Origin: Phyllobates terribilis
Lineage: Eukaryota
Assembly (NCBI RefSeq): GCF_046119375.1
Contig: NW_027362772.1
Coordinates: 229,648,001 to 229,712,000 of the forward strand
Reading direction: 5' to 3'
DNA length: 64,000 bases
This document shows, in pieces, positions 12,501 through 24,782 of the stretch (positions are counted from its first letter, which is position 1; each line of letters starts with the position of its first letter). Under the pieces are notes generated by a model. The model worked only from the letters and a program-made list of their open reading frames with translations. It was not told the origin of the DNA and searched no databases. The position numbers and the translations under genes are program-made.

Positions 12501-14213
12501 TAATATGTCTCTGTATGTATGTGCTCCGTCCATGCATCTGTCGGTATATTTGTGCTCCGTGGATGCATGCATCTGTATGTAGGTGCTCTGTATACATGTA
12601 TCTGTATGTATGTACGTGCCTGTATGTATGTGCTCTGTGTATACGTGTATCTTATGTAAGTGCTCTATGTATATGTGTGCTTTGTGTATATACATGTGTG
12701 TTTAACATGCAGATTGTATATATGTGTGAGTCCATAGGAGTAAACATCAGCAATCGCCCAACGAACGAGCAGAATACTGCCTATTCATCGGGTGTTTGGA
12801 TTGTTTATGCCAGAACAAAAATTATTGTTCTCAGCAGCACATCGCCCGGTGTAAACTGCAGATCTGCTGCTGATAACATGATACTGTATGGGGAAAGATT
12901 GATCTGTTAATGATCTCTCTGTCCCCATCATTCTTCCACAGCCGGTGTAAAGAGGCCGGGAAACAAGCGCCGAAGGACTTCAATATTGTCGATCGCGCTC
13001 ATTTAATGGCCTGAACTCAGCCCATGTAACTGCAATATAAATGTTTCTGTGTGTGGTACAATATGTTAGCATTTGGGGCCCCACTTTAAACTTTTGCACA
13101 GGGCCCCACTTTGTCTAAAACCGGCCCTGCTGGGCACTAATGTGAGGTGTGGTCAGGAGATAAACCTGCTTCCATTAAAGCACTTTGCTTCCAATACGTT
13201 CTTTGTTTAAAAGTAAAAAGATCGCCCAGCAGACTATTAGATTCAATATCAGACTAATCTAATCCACTGAGATTATAGCATAGCTGGGAATAGAAATCTG
13301 CTTGAATTTCCTGGAGTGAGGAAAACTGTAACAGGCTAAAGGGGATGTGTCATATGTGCAATTTTAGTCTTATTAAAACCTTCCCGTCAGAATCCATTTT
13401 TCATTTTTGTGCTTTCACATTTTCTTCTCCATCATCCTAGAGCCATAACTTTTTTATCTTTACGTTGACATAGCCACGAGTTGGACGAGATGTAGGTTTA
13501 AATGACGCTATTCACTTTAGCCTATAATTTCCTGAAAAGAATTCTACGTGGGGTGAAATGGCGAAAAAAAAAATCAGCTATTTTTTTTTGAAGGGGTCAA
13601 TTTTGAGCCATTTAATATCTTACAAATTGTAAAAAAATTCTGAACTATTTGGTTTGCGTCTCTTTATTATATATTATTTATACAGATGCAATCAACCTTC
13701 CGTTCTCAAAAATTCAGATACTGTGTTGATTTATTCATAAAAATGAAAGTATTTTTGCAATACACCATGAACTCACTGTCTGATTCTTATATATTTCTTC
13801 TGTGGCTACGTTTTTTCTTAAATCGGGGAAGCCGCGGTGTGTGGCACGCAGCCAAGTTTCAGGGGTCACGGTTAAATAATTACAAGGCTACAGATTTTAC
13901 AATTAAAGAGAGACATACTTTGTCCCATAAACATTGCCAGGGTACAGTTGTGCGGCAAAGGACTCGGTTATTTTTATAGTACGGACTGGATTTGTGGGGT
14001 TGTCACTAAAGAATGCCACGTAAAGGTTTTTTTTAATGGCATCTCATGGGGGTTGGGTATGACCTGAGACTTTTTTGGATCTCAAATATTGCAAATCTAA
14101 TGTTGCAACAGTTGTATAAATTCTGTATGTTCTTTTAAGTTTCACAATTGGAGACAAAGAAATTACTAACCATCAGTGACCACTTATGGACTCCTCAAGA
14201 TAGATCACTATAA

Positions 14214-14577
14214 GGCTAGGGTCACACAACCGTATTTTCTCTCATCTGAGAAAATCGGTCTGATTATGCTTATCACACACTGATCTATTCGCTGTTTGAT
14301 CAGAGTGTGATCCGATGAGGAGAAGATGGAAAAAAAAGTGTCTCCATCTTCTCAATTCTGTCAGTCCGTAAAAATCGGACACTACTCGGATGTCATCCAA
14401 GTGCAGTCTAATGTTTTCCACGGACTAATTGACTTGCACAGTCGAGTATGATCCGAATATCGGATACAAATCATGCAGAAAAACAATCGGACATGTGCAA
14501 TTCCCCATAGAATAGCATTGGTCCAGGTGAGATCTGATGTTTAGTTTGACTGAAAATACGGTCATCTGCATGAGCCC
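14214..14577. mobile_element. PIF/Harbinger-like MITE (approximate ends)
   Basis: taa|ggctagggtcacac...catgagccc|tta termini and internal inverted symmetry. Confidence 0.45.
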
Positions 14578-15145
14578 TTAAACAGTGCATCCATGAGGCG
14601 CTCTTTAAAAAGAAGAATACTACACCCACTCAGATCCCCACTTATACTGCAGGGAGGGGTGCTGACGGATTTTAGTCCAAGCAGACTTGGACTCTCCACT
14701 CCACCTATAGAAGTAGTTGGCACAATAGATTTGTAGATTTGTTTCACTATGTACAGAAAAGGGCATCATCTCAACCTTCATTTAACAAACTACCCTTTTT
14801 ACTATTATATAGAAAAGTAGGCAAATATGTGAATGAGGGTAATGTGATATTTGCATGTAGCTGAACAGTAGGCCACCAGAGTCAGTGTTACTGATGGGCT
14901 CTTGGCACCCCAGTCCGGCACTGGAAGGGGCTATTGTGCTTTGGTGACTGCCACATCCCCTTTACTTTTGGCATACCGTGCCTACATTGGAATCGGTCAG
15001 ATGGGAATATATAGGTATATGGGTATATGAATATACCTCTTATGAATATAGTACAATACAGTAGAAAAAAGTTTGAGAAAAGTTTGAAAAGTTTTATATT
15101 ATTTCTTGCTAAATGGACAATGTGAATCACTAAAATGCATACTTA

Positions 15146-16782
15146 CAGTGGGTACGGAAAGTATTCAGACCCCTTTAAATTTTTCACTCTTTGTTTCATT
15201 GCCGCCATTTGGTAAATTCTAAAAAGTTCATTTTTTTTCTTATTAAAGTACGCTCTGCACCCCATCTTAGCTGAAGAAAAACAGAAATGCTGAAATTTTT
15301 GCAAATTTATTAAAAAAGAAAAACTGAAATATCACATGGTCATAAATATTCAGACTCTTTGCTCATTATTGAGTAGAAGCCCCCTTTTGAGCTAGTACAG
15401 CCATGAGTCTTCTTGGGAATGATGCAACAAGTTTTTCACACCTGGATTTGGGGATCCTCTGCCATTCTTCCTTGCAGATCCTCTCCAGTTCCGTCAGGTT
15501 GGATGGTGAACGTTGGTGGACAGCCATTTTCAGGTCTCTCCAGAGATGCTCAATTGGGTTTAGGTCAGGGCTCTGGCTGGGCCAGTCAAGAATGGTCACA
15601 GAGTTGTTCTGAAGCCACTCCTTTGTTATTTTAGCTGTGTGCTTAGGATCATTGTCTTGTTGGAAGGTGAACCTTTGGCCAAGTCTAAGGTCCAGAGCAC
15701 TCTGGAAGAGGTTTTCATCCAGGATATCTCTGTACTTGGCCGCATTCATGTTTCCTTCAAATGCAGCCAGTCGTCCTGTCCCTGCATCTGAAAAACACCC
15801 CCATAGCATGATACACCACCACCATGTTTCACTGTTGGGATTGTATTGGGCAGGTGATGAGCAGTGCCTGGTTTTCTCCACACATACCGCTTAGAATTAT
15901 CACAAAAAAGTTCTATTATTGTCTTATCAGACCAGAGAATCTTATTTCTCATAGTGTGGGAGTCCTTCATGTGTTTTTGAGCAAACTATATGCGGGCTTT
16001 CATATGTCTTGCACTGAGTAGAGGCTTCTGTCTGGCCACTCTGCCATAAAGGCCCGACTGGTGGAGGGCTGCAGTGATAGTTGACTTTGTGGAACTTTCT
16101 CCCATCTCCCTACTGCATCTCTGGAGCTCAGCCACAGTGATCTTGGGGTTCTTCTTTACCTCTCTCACCAAGGCTCTTCTCCCACGATTGCTCAGTTTTG
16201 CTGGACGGCCAGGTCTAGGAAGACTTCTGGTGGTCCCAGAATTCTTCTATTTAAGGATTATGGAGGCCACTGTGCTCTTAGGAACCTTGAGTAATGCAGA
16301 AATTCTTTTGTAACCTTGGCCAGATCTGTGCCTTGTCACAATTCTGTCTCTGAGCTCCTTGGGCAGTTCCTTTGAGCTCATGATTCTCATTTGGTCTGAC
16401 ATGCACTGTGAGCTGTGAGGTCTTATATAGACAGGTGTGTGCCTTTCCAAATCAAGTCCTATCAGTTTAATTACACACAGCTGGACTCCAATGAAGTAGT
16501 AGAACCATCTCAAGGAGGATCACAAGGAAATGGACAGCATTCGCCTTAAATATGAGTGTCTGAGCTAAGGGTCTGAATACTTATGACCATGTGATATTTC
16601 AGTTTTTCTTTTTTAATAAATTTGCAAAAATTTCTACATTTCTGTTTTTTTTTCATTCAAGATGGGGTGCAGAGTGTACTATAATGAGAAAAAAAAATGA
16701 ACTTTTTAGAATTTACCAAATGGCTGCAATGAAACAAAGAATGAAAAATTTAAAGGGGTCTGAATACTTTCCGTACCCACTG
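15146..16782 (-). mobile_element. Tc1-family transposon (DD34E), full length, defective transposase (ATG 16381, MSSKELPKELRDRI)
   Basis: TIR cagtgggtacggaaagtattcagacccc and reverse complement, TA TSD. QDND...IEHLW spacing is 34. ORF is split by frameshifts. Confidence 0.95.
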
Positions 16783-18505
16783 TATCTCCAACCCATAGCT
16801 CCCACACTGTTGAATAACTGCAACTCTCAGCATGCCCTGATAGCGGCTGGGAATCACTGGCTGTTATCTTATTCCACCCTACTACGTCACACTATTTCAT
16901 GCTCATAGGCTTAGTTGCAGTAACAGGTATAAAAAGGATTATTACATTTTTCTTCTATTTTTAGGGGATTAATTCCACTTTAAGACTTGTGTGGAGTAAA
17001 TTGTCCATTGTAATCGCTGCATGTTCACAATTTGCCACTCATTGTAAAAATATTAGAAGTGTGGATCTGTGTGTCCCTGCTTGTTTCTGGGTGTGCTTTG
17101 TTTGCCTGCAGGGTTTAGGAGGGACTCAGGGCTTGAAGCAGAAGTATCCAGTAATTAGTCGTTAGCAGACAGCTGTTTGTACAGCACCGAGCTGTGCCAG
17201 GTGTGAAGGTGGTAAGGAACGAGGGGAGCGGGCAGAACAGAAGGAATCTAGCTGCACTTTTGTGCCACGTACATACTCCACGTTGCTGTACAGCAGCCTA
17301 ATATGTGTTTTAGCATGCAGACCCCAAAAGAAAATCGAGAATAATGCTGCCATATTACCCATATAATATTGATATACAGTACCTAAACAATACCACCATA
17401 CAGTGCACATGTAGTACTGCCATGCAGTGCAAGAATAATTTAGTGCCCAAATAATGCCATAACTTCACTGTGAGCAAAATAAAAGTTAGAGCAACTCTTC
17501 TATAAATATGGCCACAGTTTCTCTAATCCTTGACAATCAGCAGATGTGGCGGAGAAGCTCTGCACAGTCCCTGCAGGGCAACTGTAGTATTACATGGTGC
17601 CTGTTAACACGAGTCCGCCAAAACGGGAGCCTTTTCTTGCAGTGCTCTGTTTTGGTCCATAGAGAGGAGGTCCCGTTCAAGAGACCCTTTTCTTTTATAA
17701 TGTTTTGATTTCCTAATATACCCATTTAAAGGGCCAACTTGCAGCTTGTAACCAACAAGCTGCTCATCACCTTCATTCATGTAAATGTGTCCGAGGGTTC
17801 TCAGCTTTGGAGGGTTGTGAGATACAGTAGTGATCATGGGGGATGGAATATTTTTATGGCCGTCCTAAAAAATACCATCTCCCCAATCTGATACCAGGAG
17901 GCAGTAAATTGCATTTTTAAACTGCACAGCAAATAGAGACAAGATAGAGTATAACCTAAATCCCCATATTTTGGAGCCGGGTCACGTAATCGGGATATTT
18001 TGTGATAATAATCTCACCAGTTCTAAACTTCTTCTAAGTACCGTATGACTTTCCTGCCAAAGTATTGGAGCTTACATTCATGGAAACATTAGCTGGCAAC
18101 TTGACAAGCAAAATCCTTTACACTTTGCGGGCAAAGTCGTGAGATTTCCTTGGACAATATTCAAGGGTATTTCAAAATCCAAGCCTGCGCTGGAAATTAA
18201 AGTCAAGATTTAATATGTTTATTGTCCTTTCCCGTCCAGACGTTCTCTGAGCCCGGTATAGCTCTAATTTTAGAGTCATCTGGGGAGTCGACTTTTGTAT
18301 GGTTTGAATAATAATTGCACTCTTGACCTTTTTATGCCGAATCGCATTTTCCTGCTGCTGCAGAGTCTGAAAAAACGTAGGTATCCAATCTTGATATTTT
18401 ATGATTGAATTGCTTGTGCTTGATTGGTATTATGCTTCATCGTGTTTAACCATGTGGAGGTTGTAAAGAAAAATATATCAAAATACTAACTCTATGTATG
18501 TGTGT

Positions 18506-18986
18506 TGTGACAAAGTCACTGGCAAAGTACTGGAGGGGAGATATGTATCACTGAGGTTATAAACTTCAGTGATATAAACCTAGGAAAAACGTTCCAGCAC
18601 ACTAAGTGCTGAGAGGGGTTATTCGGTCATGTTTAGGGCTAAGTTGAGTGAACAGCTTAAGAATGGGTGGGAGATGTTCACCATATCTCCACCCCAGGGT
18701 GGAGTCCAGAGGATAAATACACAGCTTTCTGGCTCATTCAGTGTTGGGTAGCTCCAGAGCTTTGTTCTTAATATAAGGAAAGCTGAGCCTTTTGTTGTTT
18801 GTTCCTGAGCAACACGGACTGTGCCATACGTTATGTTTTTGTTTTCCTGTTAGGCCAGAAAGGCCATGTTTGTTTTGCTAATTCTGCACTGGTTTATGCA
18901 GTACCTCAATAAACCAGTGGAAGATTTAAAGAGACAGTGTTCCAGTGTCTACCTCTATGTGCAGCTGAGTGAGCCGATCTACCACA
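18506..18986 (+). mobile_element. Probable solo LTR (Gypsy-like, 481 bp)
   Basis: TGTGACA...ACCACA termini, TATA-like gataaata near 18712, AATAAA at 18908. TSD not matching (gtgt/atat). Confidence 0.5.
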
Positions 18987-19071
18987 ATATATAAACTTAT
19001 ATAGATTTTTAAGTGTCATTATCGGGGGTGTATAAATTAGATTTTGCAGTGGGAATAGATAAATACTATTA

Positions 19072-19412
19072 AGGTATGTGCACAAGCAATTTTTTAGAGG
19101 TGATAAAAAAACGACGAGTTTTCTAGTGGAAATTACTTGAGAAAATGCTCCTTCTTGGGGAGGATTTCTTCATTACTTGAAGCATTTTCTGAAGCTTTTT
19201 CCATTAGAAAACTCAACATTTTTGACAACCTCAAAAGACCTGTGTTTATATACCCTTAGGCTATGTGCACACTGAGTTTTTCAAGGGCATTTTGGAGCAG
19301 AAACTGCACTGAAACTCTCCAAATCCTCAATCAAAACTCAAAAACACCTTGAGGTTCTGCTATATTTCTTTTCCAAAAACTCTGCAAAAAAACTCTGTGG
19401 GTACATAGCCTT
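19072..19412. mobile_element. Nested or adjacent Harbinger-like MITEs
   Basis: ggtatgtgcac and ggctatgtgcacac starts and a tacatagcc|tta end. Confidence 0.4.
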
Positions 19413-19854
19413 AGATAGATAGATTCAGAATCTCTGAAAAAAGGGAAATCCCCCCAAACTCTGAGGAATTGGTAAATATTCTGGGTGCCGCAGAAGCCTC
19501 CTGAAAATCAGTGCGCACTGCTTGTTTTTTGTGCGTGGCGCTGACTTGCTGAGACATCAAACTCAAGCTTGGTTGCTCATTCATTAAAAGAGGGGTGAGG
19601 GCTTATCAAAACCATGGATGTAAGTGGTCGTTTTGATGGGACAGATTCCTACGTGTTTTGGAGGCATTCCCAGAGGTGGAGCTAAAATATCCCAAATTTT
19701 TCATTCTAAATGTTGGCAAATCTGCAGTTTCCCTGGATGAGTATAAATAAAGGTAACATTCACCTTCCACTTGATCGATGCGGTGTATAGCGCTGTTCTG
19801 TTTTGTATAGTGTTGCTTTGTGTATTTACTTTGCCTTTTAATTAAATCTCTCAG

Positions 19855-19957
19855 GATCCATCTTGGCCCGTAATGTCTCCACTCGATCATGTCCTCCCCG
19901 TACCAGCCCTGCGTCAGATGTCGAGGAAGATGAAGAAGAGTTAATGGATGGCAAAGG
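19855..19957 (+). CDS. plekhg5: PLEKHG5 coding exon B ([35 protein letters not shown])
   Basis: Matches [36 protein letters not shown]. Acceptor tctctcAG at 19853-19854, donor GTAGGT at 19958. 103 nt, phase 1 in and phase 2 out, in frame with exon A. Confidence 0.93.
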
Positions 19958-20896
19958 GTAGGTCCTAAATAAATAGTTGTTCTGCTTTATATGTAGGTTT
20001 CTCCATTCCCAGGAATAGTTTCTGTCAAAATCCTACTGGTTGCCCCTGGTAACAGACAGCGGTTGAGTTTCACCCTGTTGTCAGACATGTGACCTAATAG
20101 CTGAGTGTATATTTGTTACCTGTGCTCCCACAATGCACTGCTCTCTGGTAAAAAAAAAAATTCAGCAGAATTCCAAATTAGAATTGAATGAAATAAAAAA
20201 CATTTAATTCATAGTCAGAACAAGATCAGAAAAGTGAAGGATTTATCCACATTTTATATAGATGTTATACTATTGTAAACTATTGTGGAGCTTTCTGGTA
20301 ATAATGGAAGCAGGGGAGCAGCGCTCGGCCATTGTGTGAGGAGTTTGTCCGTGGTCTACACTATATACCACAGATCAGTCGTGTCTGGAGCTGTAATTAC
20401 TCTGTCTACCCGTTTAATTACCCCTGCGGCTCCCACCAATTCCTTTCTTCAGATTGAGAAATTAAACCACAATAATTCCTTGCCAAGGTTTAAGCTTTCA
20501 TTCATCACTTTAATCTAGCTGTATTATACAGTATGAGGGTCATGGTGCTCTGCAATAAGTTAAGACACCCCCCCTACAAAGTAATAAAAGAACTTCAATA
20601 GAAACTAAATAAAAAAAAATAGAAAAGCTTGAAGGTTCCACTGAAAATAATTTCACACTGCCGCAGTGCCTCCACAGGAGAAATGAAGCATTACATATGT
20701 AATGCAGGTGACTGGATGCAACGCACAGAGGACACGAGGCAGGAAGAGTCAGGGAACGGTGTAATTCTGCTCAAATGCAGCAATAATTTCCAGTAGTTAT
20801 AAGACAATTGCTGTTATTAAACAATGCAAATCAACAATGAATCATATAACAATACAATTGTAATAACAATGAAAGCTCTTCACTATATTATGCTAA

Positions 20897-21761
20897 TGTT
20901 TCTTTACAAGGAGGGTACGCCCGTTCACGGGAGTTACCACGTAAGTTCTTCCTGCAATTCTGGCCGTAGCGGGGGTCACCAAGTTTTCCCGCTGAGCCGC
21001 GAGTCTTTCTCACAAAGTCTATTAAAGCGCATTGAGCCTCCCATACACCAACCGGCCCCCTCACCACCTGTTGACCTAGCCAAGGTCTGCCCCTGTACTG
21101 TATGTTATAGGTGGAAGTGACAGCCTTCTCATTCACGCGGTCTCTCTGTAACTGAAGGCATGCTCCTTTCCTTGCGGGTCTTCAGTGCTTGACCATCAGC
21201 GGCTGTTTCCTGGACCTGGGGCGGGAAGGACTGGGTCTTGACTCTTGACGAGTGTCATCTGGTCTCTGGGACTTGACCAGCATAGAGTGCGGGTCCTGGT
21301 CTTGACTGGCGCTATCGGAACTCTGGGTCTTGACCGGTGCAGTCTGTACTGTAGGTCTCACCGGGCGTCATCTGGACCTAGTCAGGCAATGACCGGCACC
21401 TTGGTGTTGTAGGTTTTCCGCTAAGGCCTGTCATTCTGGCCTATTTGCCGTCCCTCTTTTGCTCCACTCTCCTTCTTGGCGCCCAATAACACAGGAGTTT
21501 GGCGCACAGGGCTTTTATATCCAGGAACTCTGTCATACAAGTCACTTGACCAGGTCCAGCACACAAACTTGCTCCCCCTACTATTTTCCTGGTACCAATT
21601 GGTTCCACTTGGTTTCGCTCGGCCAGCAGATGGCAGTCTTTCCTCACTAATGTCACATCATGCAAGGGCTTTTCAGGAGTATCACTGCTTTCTCTTACAC
21701 ATACAGCCTTGAAATAAATTGGGGCAAGGTCCTCCAAGGATGGAGATGTTCTTTCTAACCA
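20897..21761 (-). mobile_element. Possible solo LTR (865 bp)
   Basis: TG...CA ends with imperfect 4-bp TSD ctaa/ctag, and a GC-richer interior with TATAAAA on the minus strand near 21510-21520. Confidence 0.35.
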
Positions 21762-22623
21762 CTAGGGATGCAACTATATATGTATCCAACTGTACTTAAC
21801 AGCTGATCACAGCTGTCCCCCTAATCTCCAACGACCAGCTGTTATTTCTAGGGAAAAACTACTCATTTTTTCTGCAGTGGCCTTTACTGGTGAAGTGCAG
21901 TATTACATGGCACACATTCAAATAAATGGGCCATCATGGAATACATAGAGGAGCTGCTCTATTTATTCATAGAGAGGGTCCCGAGCCCATATGATGTCCA
22001 TATACTATAATAGGGCTTATGTACAGTATAGGGGCTGTGCACTGTTTATACGGTCCATTATACTCCTCTATAAACCATTGCCGCCATTATTTTGAAATTT
22101 CACTGTCTTTTGTCTCCTTCTCCATAATGAATGACTTTTTACAAGTCAGAATTCTTCATGAAAAAAAATCACCAAGTGAGACTGTGGCGACCTTATCCAG
22201 CTAACACTTGTAATGTTTCTCCGGAGACCGATGCAGACAGTCTGCTGATCTACTGTGTTTTCCCTGATATTTAAACCGCCTGCCGCCTAATCTGCAGATA
22301 TTGTGCTGCAATTCACTGCATTCAAAGCTGTGGTTTCACTTCCTGGACAGTGTTCCCTTCCACATTTAATGGCGACCCTATAAAACACAAATCTTGGCAC
22401 TTCTGAATAGAAAGCTTTCAATATTGGGAAGCATCTCCCTTACACTGGCTTCACTTTACAAGAATTGCTCATGATAGCGGGCAAAGACAATAGGGGAGAT
22501 AGCATTCAGCATCAGTCACTTACACCCTGCGTCAGAGATGCCGCTCTGTCGGGTCTTTAGTCTTTCTTCTCTTTGACAGAATCCTACTATAATAGTATTG
22601 AGTACCCGACCCTACTTTGTTTG

Positions 22624-24642
22624 TGTAACATACCTGGCGGCGTCCTTGCATAGTGGTCCATCTCCCACTGTGCAAGAGCGCGCACTTGATCTCCTGTCCA
22701 GGGTGTCTCTCTGGCTTCCCTCCTTGCTGTCTGTTTGTCTGTTTTGGCTGCATAGGGCGACGCCCGCTGAACTTCCTGTTTCTTGTACCTGCTGCGGACA
22801 CGCCCCTGTTGCACCTTCAGCCTATTGCTGTCCATCTTTGGGTATTTATACCACCTTCTTCCTCAAGATGGCGCCTGAGCATAGTGTTGCATTCAGTGTG
22901 TGCTTGCACTCTGAAGGTGCCAGGTCCCGTTCTGTGTTCTCTTGTCTGCCTATCCTGGAGGCTGTATTTCCAGGCCTGTCTGAACACGCTCCTAGCCTGT
23001 TCCTCCCGCCTTCTAGGGGCCGATTACCTAGACCCGCTCCTGTATGTTGTCTGTCCTGTCTGAACACGCTCCTAGCCTGTTCCTCCCGCCTTCTAGGGGC
23101 CGATTACCTAGACCCGCTCCTGTATCTTGTCTGTCCTGTCTGAACACGCTCCTTGCCTGTTCGTCCCGCCTCTCTGGGGGCAGTATTCCCAGACCCGCTC
23201 CTGTATCCCGCTGCAGTGTCGGTCTCCTCCGTACACTCAGTTCCAGTCTGAACTCTCTCCTATCCTTTACCTGTTTTGCCTCTATGTCCATTCCCTTCCT
23301 TTTTCTGCAGAGTCTGAACTCGTACCTAACTCCTGCTTGTTGTCTCTGTACTCCCGTTTGTGAGTTTGTGGTCCACTCGCTACTTCACTGCAAGTACCCT
23401 GTGGGTATCTGGCTCTGCCTTTCTCTTCCTGTCTGTTCCGTGTGAACAGAGCCCTGTCCCCCCTGCTCCGACTCCTTTGCTCACCGCTCCGGCGGTTCTA
23501 GCCTGCTCTGGCTCCTTTGCTCACCGCTCCGGCGGTTCTAGCCTGCTCTGACTCCTTTGCTCACCGCTCCGGCGGTTCTAGCCTGCTCTGACTCCTTTGC
23601 TCACCGCTCCGGCGGTTCTAGCCTGCTCTGACTCCTTTGCTCACCGCTCCGGCGGTTCTAGCCTGCTCTGACTCCTTTGCTCACCGCTCCGGCGGTTCTA
23701 GCCTGCTCTGACTCCTTTGCTCACCGCTCCGGCGGTTCTAGCCTGCTCTGGCTCCTTTTGCTCGCTGCTCCGGCAGCCTTGCTCCGCTCTGACCCTTTTG
23801 CTCACTGCTCCGGCAGCCTTGCTCCGCTCTGACCCTTTTGCTCACTGCTCCGGCAGCCTCGCTCCGCTCTTATCCTTTTTGCTCACTGCTCCGGCAGTCT
23901 TGCTCCACTCTTGCTCATCGCTCCAGGCGGCCTCGTCCTGCTTTACTCTTGCTCACTGCTCCGGCAGTCTCGCTCAGCTCTGACCCTTTGCTCACCGCTC
24001 CTGGCGGCCTTGTCCTGCTCTACTCTTGCTCACCGCTCCAGGCGGCCTCGTCCTGCTCTGCTCTCACTCACCTCTCTGGGCGGCCTCACTCTGCTGTGTT
24101 TGTCCGCCACATCTGTGGTTCTGTTCCTGAGTTGCAATGTGTACTGGGTCCTATCCCGCCAGTGTCCCTACCTGCTAGTGCCTCCCTGTCTGCACTCTAG
24201 CTGTGCTTGCCTGTACCCCTCTGTCTGTATTGTTCCTGAGTCCCAGTGTGTACTGGGTCCTATCCCGCCTGTGTTCCTACCTGCTAGTGCCTCCCTGTCT
24301 GCACTCTAGCTGTGCTTGCCTGTACCCCCCTGCCTGCATACCCGCCTGCCTGCATCCCAGTCGAGCCAGCCTATACCCACCAGTCTGTATGCCAGCCTAC
24401 CAGTCTGTTCCTGTATTCCCCTGTGTGGGTCAACAGCCGTGTCCGGGGTCTGTCCTGGAGTAGCACCTGGTCCCTCTGCTCGGTTCCTCCTTGGTGCACT
24501 GGCGTCGTATGCCGTCGTGCGACCCTGGTCGGATCGGGTGAATACCTAGTTACGCCCCTCCAGGCATTCACTCTCCGGCACGGTCCAGTGGAATCACTAC
24601 AATCACACGCACACGCCGCTCAGCCCGGGCGTGTGCATTACA
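22624..24642 (+). repeat. 5' LTR (2019 bp) with nested 80-bp x3, 40-bp x7 and other tandem repeats
   Basis: Direct repeat of 26825-28803. 80-bp units recur at 22981, 23061 and 23141. 40-bp units span 23471-23750. Confidence 0.95.
22843..22882 (+). promoter_or_regulatory. LTR promoter: TATA box (TATTTATA), YY1-like AAGATGGCG and predicted TSS near 22873
   Basis: Motifs seen directly. The TSS is inferred from TATA+30 and from complementarity to the PBS. Confidence 0.6.
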
Positions 24643-24644
24643 GC

Positions 24645-24654
24645 ATGCTCAGGC
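24645..24654 (+). promoter_or_regulatory. Self-priming-type primer binding site (atgctcaggc)
   Basis: Located 2 nt after the 5' LTR and exactly complementary to gcctgagcat at 22873-22882. There is no TGG (tRNA CCA-complement) start. Confidence 0.65.
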
Positions 24655-24782
24655 CATGGTTCCCGTTGAGCCCCACGGCCTTCGCTCTCTGAGAAGTTTC
24701 CAGCGAATACATGCATTAAAATAAATAAATAATTTTTTTTTTTTTCTCAGCTGAGTTCCAGGCTAATTACGCACCCGTCCAG

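Larger units (their letters stand above)
9667..13129. mobile_element. Non-autonomous hAT-like element carrying a minisatellite
   Basis: Perfect 8-bp TSD CTGGGCAC at 9659-9666 and 13130-13137. Imperfect TIR tagggccagt / accggccctg. Confidence 0.8.

Noticed and set aside
22598-24692. Many ORFs inside the 5' and 3' LTRs
   Set aside because: Caused by A-poor, stop-poor tandem repeats, with no protein motifs.
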